Origin: Xylanibacter ruminicola 23
GTDB taxonomy: Bacteria > Bacteroidota > Bacteroidia > Bacteroidales > Bacteroidaceae
Assembly: GCF_000025925.1 (NCBI RefSeq)
Contig: NC_014033.1
Span: 1,950,001-1,982,000 of the forward strand
DNA length: 32,000 nucleotides
Reading direction: 5' to 3'
Position numbers and translations under genes: made by a program. Every line of letters begins with the position of its first letter. The stretch's first letter is position 1. The notes beneath the pieces are model-generated. The model was not told the DNA's origin. It was given only the letters and a program-made list of their open reading frames with translations, and did no database searches. Shown piece after piece: positions 9,979-18,518 of the stretch.

Positions 9979-11210
9979 TATCAAGTAAACTACATCAGAC
10001 AGGAATAGCCACCATGCTATTCCTGCTGATTTCTCTGATTGGAAAAGCTCAGACAAGCGACTCGCTGATAGTGAGCCAAATGAAAACTGTTGGTATTAAC
10101 TTCTACCCACATAACGAGGTACAACTGATTATGTCGGGTAAGGATAAGTTCGACCTTTTGTTCGAGGATATCCGACAGGCCAAGAGCAGTGTACACCTTG
10201 AGTATTTTAATTTTCGCAACGACTCGATAGCCTCGCTGCTGTTCGACATACTGCGTGAGAAGCGCAAGCAGGGTGTTGAGGTACGTGCGCTGTTCGACGG
10301 GTTTGGTAACGACTCGAACAACCAGCCACTGAAGAAACATCACATCAAGAGTCTGCGTGCCGACAGCATCGACATCCACGAGTACGACCCAGTGCGTTTT
10401 CCCTGGGTAAACCACATTTGGCCTCGCGATCATCGTAAGATAGTAGTGATCGACGGTCGTATTGCCTATACAGGCGGTATGAACGTGGCCGATTACTATA
10501 TTGTGGGCACCAAGCAGGTGGGCGAATGGCGCGATATGCATTGCCGCATTGAGGGACCTGTAGTTAACGAGCTGCAGGATATCTTTGCCCGTATCTGGCA
10601 GAAGGTAACCAAGGAGCAGTTGAACGATCCCAAATACTATCAAGGTCAGGACAAAGGCGACAAGATGGTTGGTATCGCTAATCGCGAGCCAAACAAAACC
10701 AATAAGATCATGCGCCAGTTCTATATCTCGGCGCTCGACGATGCACAGGATTCCATCCAGATTATCAACCCCTACTTTACACTCACGCCATCAGTAAAAA
10801 AGGCTATTCACCGTGCCATCAAGCGTGGGGTAAAGGTCGACATCCTAGTATCGGCCAAGAGCGATATACCCTTAACGCCCGATGCTGTATTCTATAACGT
10901 TCACAAGCTGATGAAGAAGGGTGCCAACATCTGGCTGTATCAGCCTGGATTCCACCACTCAAAGATTATGATGGTGGATGGCCAATTCTGCACCGTGGGC
11001 AGTACCAACCTGGATGCACGCAGCCTGCGATACGACTACGAGGTGAATGCGCTGATTATTAACAAGCAGGTTACCAAGGAACTGCAGGATATGTTTATAC
11101 GCGACACCAAGAAAAGCGTGCTGTTAACGCCCGACGAGTGGAACAAGTTCCGTACAGGCTGGCAGAAATTCCGTGGCTGGTTTGCCCAATTATTTACCCC
11201 ATTTATGTAA
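9975..11210 (+). CDS. cls: Cardiolipin synthase / phospholipase D family protein (two HKD motifs)
   Basis: The HKD motifs are HRKIVVIDGRIAYTGGMN and HHSKIMMVDGQFCTVGSTNLD, and there is an N-terminal membrane anchor. The ATG overlaps the upstream TGA as ATGA. Confidence 0.88.
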   Translation: MISSKLHQTGIATMLFLLISLIGKAQTSDSLIVSQMKTVGINFYPHNEVQLIMSGKDKFDLLFEDIRQAKSSVHLEYFNFRNDSIASLLFDILREKRKQGVEVRALFDGFGNDSNNQPLKKHHIKSLRADSIDIHEYDPVRFPWVNHIWPRDHRKIVVIDGRIAYTGGMNVADYYIVGTKQVGEWRDMHCRIEGPVVNELQDIFARIWQKVTKEQLNDPKYYQGQDKGDKMVGIANREPNKTNKIMRQFYISALDDAQDSIQIINPYFTLTPSVKKAIHRAIKRGVKVDILVSAKSDIPLTPDAVFYNVHKLMKKGANIWLYQPGFHHSKIMMVDGQFCTVGSTNLDARSLRYDYEVNALIINKQVTKELQDMFIRDTKKSVLLTPDEWNKFRTGWQKFRGWFAQLFTPFM

Positions 11211-11216
11211 GCACTC

Positions 11217-12371
11217 ATGAACAGAAACACCGTCATATCTATTGCAAAAGGTTTAGCCATCATCCTGATGGTGATAGCTCATGCCGAGGCTCCAGGCTGG
11301 CTGTGCCGATTCATTTTCGAGTTTCACATGCCGCTGTTCTTTATCACCGCAGGCTACTTCTTCTCGTTGAAGTACCTGAACGATGAAGCCACGTTTGTAA
11401 AAAAGCGCATAAAGGGCCTTTATATCCCCTTTGTTAAATGGAGTGTGTTCTTCTTGCTTATACATAATCTGATGTTCAAGATTGGTATCCTGAACGAGAT
11501 GTATGGCAACGAGATGGGCGGTGTTACCCACCCTTACAGCTGGCACCAGATGCAGCAGAACCTATGGACTATCTTTACCTCAATGGCAGGATACGATGCA
11601 TTCCTATGTGGTGCGTTCTGGTTCTTCCGTGGGTTGTTCGTGGCCAGCATCTTATACCTTATTATATATAAGGTGCTCGACAGCACGATATCATCCGTAC
11701 GTTACAAGAAAGCCATCCCCTACCTCATCTGCGTCATCATGCTGCTGCTGTGCGGATGGAAAACCTACGAGGGACTGAGGGTGCTGACACTGATACAGGG
11801 CGGTTATCGCGATATGATGGGCTGCTTCTTCTTTGGTTGCGGTTTTATTTTCCGACAGTATGCCGAGAGCTATCAGGCAGCTATCAAGCGCTACTACGCC
11901 ATCTTCTGGACCACCATTGTGTTCGGTGTAGTTGTGTATCTGTTCTCGCACTACCTAACAGCCAACATGAACTGGCGCTCTACCTATACCCAGTTCCTGT
12001 CGCTGCCTGTACCAGCCATTCTGGGATTCCTGATGATGTACAACATCAGTATGCTGCTTGACAAGAAAGATAACTGGCTGAAACGATTCCTGGTATATAC
12101 GGGCGACCACACGCTGAATATCTTTATCTTCCACATTGTAGCCTACAAGGTGGTTAGCTTGATAAAGATATGGTACTACAGCTTGGATATCCGTCAGATA
12201 GGTTGCCATATGGTGATACACCACAACTCGCAGCACGACGCGTTCTGGGTGCTCTACACCATTGCAGGTGTAGGCTTACCATTATTGGGTACGTGGCTAT
12301 CTGAAAAGTGGAAGATTAAGCGTTGTAAACGTCAACCCAGTCAATCATCATCTGAATCTCACGATCAGTAA
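11217..12371 (+). CDS. Acyltransferase family 3 integral membrane protein
   Basis: It has about 10 TM helices. The N-terminal ISIAKGLAIILMVIAHA motif is typical of acyltransferase_3 (OatA/OafA-like) proteins. Confidence 0.8.
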   Translation: MNRNTVISIAKGLAIILMVIAHAEAPGWLCRFIFEFHMPLFFITAGYFFSLKYLNDEATFVKKRIKGLYIPFVKWSVFFLLIHNLMFKIGILNEMYGNEMGGVTHPYSWHQMQQNLWTIFTSMAGYDAFLCGAFWFFRGLFVASILYLIIYKVLDSTISSVRYKKAIPYLICVIMLLLCGWKTYEGLRVLTLIQGGYRDMMGCFFFGCGFIFRQYAESYQAAIKRYYAIFWTTIVFGVVVYLFSHYLTANMNWRSTYTQFLSLPVPAILGFLMMYNISMLLDKKDNWLKRFLVYTGDHTLNIFIFHIVAYKVVSLIKIWYYSLDIRQIGCHMVIHHNSQHDAFWVLYTIAGVGLPLLGTWLSEKWKIKRCKRQPSQSSSESHDQ

Positions 12372-14505
12372 CGCCCTTCATCTCCAACAGGTCACTTTCT
12401 TTGTAAATGATGCTGTGAAGAGTCGCCCAACGCTCGTCCTTGGGCTTGGCATTTGTAACGTATGAACGGAAACAGTTGGCAGCATCGTCGATCTTACCTG
12501 TAAACCACAGATAGAAACCATAGTTAATGCTGTCGCTATCCTCAGGGTTCTCTTGTGCCAACAGCTGATCGTACAGGCGACCTGCCTGTTCGTACTTGCC
12601 ATCGCCGGTAAGCGCCCAAGCCAACACACGCACCACATGCAGGTTATCGGCATCCTCGAAGTTCAGGCGAAACAGAATCTGTTCGGCCTCTTCAAAACGA
12701 CACAGATTGGTAAGACAGATGGCCTTGTTTAGCTGATACGATTTCTTATCGGCATTCATCTCCAGCAGCTGGTTATAGGCATCGAGTGCTTTCTCGTAAT
12801 CCATATGTTTAAACCAGATACGGGCCAAGCCTAATAAGGCACGTTCGCTCTGAGGATTCAGCTCAAGCGCCTTACGATAGCTATCCTCTACATTATCACC
12901 CAGATAGCCCTTCAGCATATAGTAATCGTAGTCGTGATACTTCTCCTCAAACCAGTTTGCTAACAAGTCCTTAGCATAATTCTTCTGGTTACGTTTAATC
13001 AGAAAAGCTACAACTTCCTTGAAATGAGCCTGTATATCGGTATTATCAAATGCGGTTCGGGTAATGAACATGCTCTGGAACGAATCCTTCTCGAAAACGT
13101 TCTTAAACTCGTTGCGGAGCGGATTAAGACGGAAGAAACGGAACATGTCCTGCAGATAGATACGACGGATATAAGCAGGGGTACTCATCTCCTCGGTTCC
13201 TAACTTCTGATACATCACGGCCTCGCCACGATCCAGCATCTGACGTACATTTTCGGGAATACCATTCAGCACAGTCTCGAAGGCCAGCAGGAACGAATAC
13301 TTATCGCTATTGCAGAACGGGCCAAACTCAAGAATGCTCGACAGGAACTTAACGTTGCCATACTTATCCCATGTGTGTGCTACACCTGGATGATCGGTAA
13401 AGAACGGTGTGAACCAGTTAGAAATCTCGTTAAAGAACGGATATCGCTTCATCTGCGAAAAACCTCCAAAGTACACATCGCTACCCTGTTTCTGCATGTC
13501 GATCATACGATGGAAGGTGTTCTCAAGTTTTTCAAACTCCTGCTCTTCGGCATCAGGATGCAGAATATCATTCAGGATATTCTCCTCGTCCTGTTCCTGC
13601 TCGTCTCTATGCTGCATCTTCTGCTGATTCTTAAGCAGCTCGGGCATAATTTCCTTCTCGATGGTGTTGCGATCCTCATCGGCACTCAGGCAATAGAAGA
13701 ACTGCTCCTGCAGCTCAATCAGTTCCTTCATGCAGTTGGGGTTCTGTACGGTTTGCTCAACCAGTGTTCGCATCTCAGGGAAGAGGAATTCCTCTAACTC
13801 GTTATCGAGCGAGAACACCCAACCAAACAAGGCTCGCTGGCGCACATATTCATCGGTCGACTGCTGGTACACATGAATAAGCGTACGGAACTTAACCATA
13901 TCGTAGCAGTTCATGGATGCTAACGTGATAGCACTTACAATGAGCTGCTGGTCGGCAGAATCAACGGTGGGCGACAACAACAGCTGCTCGATAGACTCAC
14001 CCTGTCCGTCGGTCCATAAGTCGGCAGTCAGAATGTGGGCAAAAAGCTCGGTCATCAGCTGTGTATGCTGCTGGTGCATCGCTTTGCGGCGCTCCTTAAC
14101 GGTGTGCTGAGGTTCCAGTTCCAGCAAGGCGATATCAGACACGAACTTCTCTAACTGTTCGCGAACCACCTGTACCGACCAGTCGCGCGGACTCAGATGC
14201 GCCTTCATAAAGAGCGATGCCATCAGGGGCGATTGCAGCACGCGGGCATTAGTCATCACATTGGCATAAAGCACATACATACGGTGCAGCAGCTTATGGT
14301 AAAGCTGTGGAAGTTCCGGGTCTTTGTATCCTTTACGCCAATAGTCGATCATCATCTGATAATCGGTTTTGATGGCAAACAATCGGTCGGAATTTATCTG
14401 GTGCGGATGGGCAGCCAGATAATTCTCCATATCCTTGATAGCGCACATCAGGTCCTTTCCCTCGAGTGCACCCAATACATTATTTAAAGTATCGTCTCTA
14501 AACAT
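12316..14505 (-). CDS. Tetratricopeptide-repeat (TPR) protein of unknown function
   Basis: 729-aa ORF. The C-terminal ~220 aa show repeated TPR-like A..Y..AL.L.P patterns (YRKALELNPQSERALLGLARIW, YEKALDAYNQLLEMN, YEQAGRLYDQLL). Confidence 0.8.
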   Translation of the reverse strand: MFRDDTLNNVLGALEGKDLMCAIKDMENYLAAHPHQINSDRLFAIKTDYQMMIDYWRKGYKDPELPQLYHKLLHRMYVLYANVMTNARVLQSPLMASLFMKAHLSPRDWSVQVVREQLEKFVSDIALLELEPQHTVKERRKAMHQQHTQLMTELFAHILTADLWTDGQGESIEQLLLSPTVDSADQQLIVSAITLASMNCYDMVKFRTLIHVYQQSTDEYVRQRALFGWVFSLDNELEEFLFPEMRTLVEQTVQNPNCMKELIELQEQFFYCLSADEDRNTIEKEIMPELLKNQQKMQHRDEQEQDEENILNDILHPDAEEQEFEKLENTFHRMIDMQKQGSDVYFGGFSQMKRYPFFNEISNWFTPFFTDHPGVAHTWDKYGNVKFLSSILEFGPFCNSDKYSFLLAFETVLNGIPENVRQMLDRGEAVMYQKLGTEEMSTPAYIRRIYLQDMFRFFRLNPLRNEFKNVFEKDSFQSMFITRTAFDNTDIQAHFKEVVAFLIKRNQKNYAKDLLANWFEEKYHDYDYYMLKGYLGDNVEDSYRKALELNPQSERALLGLARIWFKHMDYEKALDAYNQLLEMNADKKSYQLNKAICLTNLCRFEEAEQILFRLNFEDADNLHVVRVLAWALTGDGKYEQAGRLYDQLLAQENPEDSDSINYGFYLWFTGKIDDAANCFRSYVTNAKPKDERWATLHSIIYKESDLLEMKGVTDREIQMMIDWVDVYNA

Positions 14506-14508
14506 GTG

Positions 14509-15429
14509 TTACTTCTTCTTTTTTTCAAGCCAGTTCTTAGCGCGGTCGATGTCTTTTTGTCGTGGTGCCTGATAGGTAAACTTCAGCGAATCGGGCAAGG
14601 CACTGATGGCCTGAGGTGTTAAGCCGTAGTACTTTTTCAGTATCTCCTTGTAGTGGGTAACACCAAAGTGGTTAATCGAGTCGCAAGCCTGCTTGTAACC
14701 CTTCATAAACACCTCCATCTGATGCTGGCGGGTCTTATCGTCCATATTCTTGGTGCGGAACACAAGGGCACCCATCTGCATATCCTCCTTACGGGTGTCG
14801 AGCAGCACGTGGTGCTTCTTCAGCAAGGCCTGACTGGCCTGTGGCTCTGTAAGCAGCATGGCATCCATCTCGTTGTTCTCAAGCATTTTCAGACGGATGT
14901 TCACATCGTTAATCTGTATGCGGAACACGCGCTCTGGAGCCAGCTTGGCACTATCCACAGCTATGTCGCCCAGCATGTCGGTAACCGAGTAACGGGTCAT
15001 GGCCAGCATCTTATCGTCGAGATGCTTAAAGTTGGTGATACGCAACTGGCGCTGACTCAGCATCAGCCAATAGGCATTGGTAGCAGCGGCATATCGCAGG
15101 GGTGTGCCCTCCTTTATCATCTTCTCGGCACGCACCAAGTCGGTAATGGCACCTTCGGCACGACCACGAATCAGGGCTGTATCAATATCCATCTGGGCGG
15201 TATATCGTTTCAGGCGGATGTCAACGGCTGTATCAAACATATGGCGTTCCTTGGCCACAAACACAGGCAGACAATCCAATGTGGGCATGACGGCAATCTT
15301 GAGTGCAGCCGAATCCTCACGCCACAACTTCAAACGCTGCTCACGCGAGAGGCGTTTGGTTTCTTCGTACGACTGCCCGCAAGCAGCGAGCATTACGAGA
15401 GCTATGAATGCTAAAACTAATTTCTTCAT
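14509..15429 (-). CDS. Lipoprotein resembling the NMT1/ThiY-type (NitT/TauT family) ABC substrate-binding protein
   Basis: The start is set at MKKLVLAFIALVMLAAC, a lipobox signal. The core LKIAVMPTLDCLPVFVAKE...GAITDL resembles nitrate/sulfonate/bicarbonate-type binding proteins. Its stop lies 3 nt before the start codon of the downstream TPR gene. Confidence 0.75.
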   Translation of the reverse strand: MKKLVLAFIALVMLAACGQSYEETKRLSREQRLKLWREDSAALKIAVMPTLDCLPVFVAKERHMFDTAVDIRLKRYTAQMDIDTALIRGRAEGAITDLVRAEKMIKEGTPLRYAAATNAYWLMLSQRQLRITNFKHLDDKMLAMTRYSVTDMLGDIAVDSAKLAPERVFRIQINDVNIRLKMLENNEMDAMLLTEPQASQALLKKHHVLLDTRKEDMQMGALVFRTKNMDDKTRQHQMEVFMKGYKQACDSINHFGVTHYKEILKKYYGLTPQAISALPDSLKFTYQAPRQKDIDRAKNWLEKKKK

Positions 15430-15449
15430 AATCGAGTGCAAAGGTACAA

Positions 15450-15487
15450 TTTTTTTTTTAATTTTCAATTTTCAATTATCAATTTTA
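15450..15487. repeat. T10 homopolymer followed by four imperfect AATTTTC heptamers
   Basis: The sequence reads TTTTTTTTTT AATTTTC AATTTTC AATTATC AATTTTA. It sits in the divergent intergenic region between the lipoprotein gene and radA. Confidence 0.8.
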
Positions 15488-15499
15488 AATTATTATTAT

Positions 15500-15507
15500 T
15501 ACCTTTG
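15500..15507 (+). promoter_or_regulatory. -7 promoter box (TAccTTTG)
   Basis: TACCTTTG lies 9 nt upstream of the radA ATG, which implies a very short leader. Confidence 0.4.
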
Positions 15508-15515
15508 CACACAAT

Positions 15516-16916
15516 ATGGCAAAAGATAAGATAGCATACGTTTGTTCCAACTGCGGACAGGAATCGCCTAAGTGGATTGGCAAGTGCCCTGCCTGCGGAC
15601 AATGGAACACGTTTAAGGAGATAAAAGTAGCTCCCAGTTCAACCCCTAAAACGGCTGCAGCAAGGGGCGGTTTAAGCGCGGGCACATCAGCCCAGTCGTC
15701 GGCTTTGCATGCAGGTAAGGTGCTGCGATTGCGCGACATCAGTTCAAAGGACGACCCACGTATCGACATGCACGATGCCGAACTGAACCGTGTACTGGGT
15801 GGCGGATTGGTGCCTGGAAGTATCGTGCTGCTAGGTGGCGAGCCTGGTATCGGCAAATCAACCCTTTCGCTACAAACGATGCTGAACATGCCCGAGAAGA
15901 AGATTCTATACGTGAGCGGTGAGGAAAGCGCCCATCAGCTAAAGATGCGTGCAGAACGACTGGGTGGCGAAAACGAGAACTTCCTGCTACTTACCGAGAA
16001 CTCGCTCGAAACTATCTTCGACCATATTAAAGAGGTACAGCCCGAACTGATTGTGATCGACTCGATACAAACCATCTCTACCGAGGATGTTGAGTCGAGT
16101 GCAGGCTCTATCGCACAGGTGCGCGAGTGCGCTTCAGCCCTACTCCGTTTTGCCAAAACCAGCGGTGTGCCCGTAATCCTGATTGGTCACATCACCAAAG
16201 AGGGCACCTTGGCAGGTCCTAAAATCCTCGAGCATATTGTGGATACAGTTATCCAGTTCGAAGGCGACCAGCACTATATGTACCGCATTCTGCGCAGCAT
16301 CAAGAACCGCTTTGGTTCTACAGCCGAACTGGGCATCTACGAGATGCTGCAGAACGGATTGCGACAGGTATCGAACCCATCCGAACTGCTACTCACACAG
16401 GATCGCGACGGCCTTTCGGGCATCGCCATCACATCGGCCATCGAGGGTATTCGTCCGTTCTTAGTCGAGACGCAGGCCCTTGTTTCAACAGCCGCCTACG
16501 GCACCCCTCAGCGTTCGGCCACAGGCTTTGATCAGCGCCGACTGAACATGCTACTGGCTGTGCTTGAAAAGCGCGTGGGCTTTAAGCTGGCACAGAAGGA
16601 TGTGTTTGTGAATATTGCAGGCGGACTTCGTGTTACCGACTTGGCGATGGACCTGAGTGTGATTGCGGCTGTGCTCTCATCTAATGTTGATACACCTATC
16701 GAGTCAGGTTGGTGCATGGCAGGCGAGGTTGGACTGAGTGGCGAGGTGCGCCCTGTCAACCGTATCGAGCAGCGAATTGCCGAGGCCGAGAAGCTCGGAT
16801 TTACCGATATGATTATCCCCAAATACAACCTTCAGGGCTTCGATAAGAATAAATATTCAATCCGTTTGCACCCTGTAAGAAAGGTGGAAGAAGCCCTACG
16901 TGCAATCTTCGGATAA
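15516..16916 (+). CDS. radA: DNA repair protein RadA/Sms
   Basis: It has an N-terminal zinc ribbon (CSNCGQESPKWIGKCPACGQWNTF), Walker A (GEPGIGKST), the KNRFG motif and a Lon-protease-like C-terminal domain. Confidence 0.95.
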   Translation: MAKDKIAYVCSNCGQESPKWIGKCPACGQWNTFKEIKVAPSSTPKTAAARGGLSAGTSAQSSALHAGKVLRLRDISSKDDPRIDMHDAELNRVLGGGLVPGSIVLLGGEPGIGKSTLSLQTMLNMPEKKILYVSGEESAHQLKMRAERLGGENENFLLLTENSLETIFDHIKEVQPELIVIDSIQTISTEDVESSAGSIAQVRECASALLRFAKTSGVPVILIGHITKEGTLAGPKILEHIVDTVIQFEGDQHYMYRILRSIKNRFGSTAELGIYEMLQNGLRQVSNPSELLLTQDRDGLSGIAITSAIEGIRPFLVETQALVSTAAYGTPQRSATGFDQRRLNMLLAVLEKRVGFKLAQKDVFVNIAGGLRVTDLAMDLSVIAAVLSSNVDTPIESGWCMAGEVGLSGEVRPVNRIEQRIAEAEKLGFTDMIIPKYNLQGFDKNKYSIRLHPVRKVEEALRAIFG

Positions 16917-16985
16917 CAATTTGCTATACTTTTGAACATTTTGCTTACATAATTGATAGTTGAGCGCAAAAAAGAATTAAATAAT

Positions 16986-17013
16986 CAATGTTCAATGTTC
17001 AATGTTCAATGTT
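16986..17013. repeat. Perfect tandem heptamer (CAATGTT) x4
   Basis: The four copies are read directly from the sequence. The repeat ends 7 nt before the pgk -7 box. Confidence 0.9.
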
Positions 17014-17019
17014 TTTTAG

Positions 17020-17027
17020 TAACTTTG
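17020..17027 (+). promoter_or_regulatory. -7 promoter box (TAacTTTG)
   Basis: TAACTTTG lies 49 nt upstream of the pgk ATG. Confidence 0.45.
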
Positions 17028-17075
17028 CAGTCGCATTTTAAAATGAAGTTTTTCACATTATTAAATATTTAAATT

Positions 17076-18347
17076 ATGACTATCAACGAATTCAACTTTG
17101 CCGGTAAGAAGGCAATCGTACGTGTAGACTTCAACGTACCCCTCGATGAGAATGGTAAGATCACAGACGACACCCGTATCCGTGGTGCCCTGCCTACCCT
17201 GAAGAAGATTCTGGCTGATGGTGGTGCTACTATCATTATGAGCCACATGGGTAAGCCCAAAGGTAAGGTAGATGCTAAGAAGTCACTCGGTCAGATCCGC
17301 GAGGCTGTTGAGAAGGCTCTGGGTGTTCCCGTTGCTTTCGCTCCCGACTGCGCTAAGGCTGCTGATGCTGCTAAGGCTCTGAAGATGGGTGAGGCTCTGC
17401 TGCTCGAGAACCTTCGTTTCTATCCAGAGGAAGAGGGTAAGCCAGTAGGTATCGACAAGGCTGATCCTGCATACGACGAGGCTAAGAAGGCTATGAAGGC
17501 CAGCCAGAAGGAGTTTGCTAAGACTCTCGCTTCTTACGCTGACTGCTACGTAATGGATGCCTTCGGTACAGCTCACCGCAAGCACGCTTCTACTGCTGTT
17601 ATCGCCGATTACTTCGACGCTGACAACAAGATGCTGGGTCTGCTGATGGAGAAGGAGGTTCAGGCTGTTGACGCCGTTCTCTCTAACATCAAGCGTCCTT
17701 TCGTTGCCATCATGGGTGGTTCTAAGGTATCTTCTAAGATCGGTATCATCGAGAACCTGCTCGGTAAGGTTGATAAGCTCATCCTCTGCGGTGGTATGAC
17801 ATACACCTTCGCTAAGGCTCACAACGGTGAGATTGGTGATTCAATCGTTGAGCTCGACAAGCTGGATGTAGCTCTGGGTGTTGAGGAGCTGGCTAAGAAG
17901 AACGGTGTAGAGCTCGTTCTGGGTTCTGACTGCACCGCTACTAACGGTCTCGACTTCGGCACTATGAGTGTTAAGGAGGGTGCACAGATCATCAACTGCC
18001 CTGCTAACAACGTACCTGCTGGTTTCGAGGGTGTTGACGCTGGTCCTGAGAGCCAGAAGGCATTTGCCGAGGCTATCAAGGGTGCTAAGACCATCCTGTG
18101 GAACGGTCCTGCTGGTGTATTCGAGTGCGACGCTTTCACCGCTGGTTCACGTGCTATCGGCGACGCTATCGCTGAGGCTACCAAGAACGGTGCATTCTCA
18201 CTGATTGGTGGTGGCGACTCTGTAGCTTGTGTAAACAAGTTCGGACTTGCTGATCAGGTATCTTACATCTCAACTGGTGGTGGTGCTCTGCTCGAGGCCA
18301 TCGAGGGTAAGGTTCTCCCTGGCGTAGCTGCTATCAAGGGTGAGTAA
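17076..18347 (+). CDS. pgk: Phosphoglycerate kinase
   Basis: Full-length 423-aa match to PGK, including the hallmarks [20 protein letters not shown] and FSLIGGGDS. Confidence 0.96.
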   Translation: MTINEFNFAGKKAIVRVDFNVPLDENGKITDDTRIRGALPTLKKILADGGATIIMSHMGKPKGKVDAKKSLGQIREAVEKALGVPVAFAPDCAKAADAAKALKMGEALLLENLRFYPEEEGKPVGIDKADPAYDEAKKAMKASQKEFAKTLASYADCYVMDAFGTAHRKHASTAVIADYFDADNKMLGLLMEKEVQAVDAVLSNIKRPFVAIMGGSKVSSKIGIIENLLGKVDKLILCGGMTYTFAKAHNGEIGDSIVELDKLDVALGVEELAKKNGVELVLGSDCTATNGLDFGTMSVKEGAQIINCPANNVPAGFEGVDAGPESQKAFAEAIKGAKTILWNGPAGVFECDAFTAGSRAIGDAIAEATKNGAFSLIGGGDSVACVNKFGLADQVSYISTGGGALLEAIEGKVLPGVAAIKGE

Positions 18348-18382
18348 AAATCAGACACGATTCGATTTTTAAATAACCAATC

Positions 18383-18423
18383 AATGGCCGTTCTGCTTCA
18401 CAGCAGGCGGCCATTATGCTTTT
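18383..18423 (+). terminator. Probable intrinsic terminator after pgk
   Basis: Hairpin AATGGCCGttCTGC-ttcaca-GCAGgCGGCCATT followed by ATGCTTTT. Confidence 0.5.
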
Positions 18424-18518
18424 AACATGCCTTGGTCGGCACAAGTCAAGAAAATCACCAACACCGAAATGATATGGTATGGCCCCCTCACTGGCAAAAC
18501 TATCAAACTAAAAAGACA

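Noticed and set aside
15430-15468. N-terminal extension (MKIKKKIVPLHSI) of the binding-lipoprotein ORF
   Set aside because: The internal start at 15429 gives a canonical lipoprotein signal peptide (MKKLVLAFIALVMLAAC). The extension runs into the poly-T/heptamer promoter region.
18432-18518. N-terminal extension of the GH97 ORF (MVGTSQENHQHRNDMVWPPHWQ...)
   Set aside because: The extension is hydrophilic and has a non-native look. A typical signal peptide (MNKRFLIITILAAGL) starts at the internal ATG at 18519.
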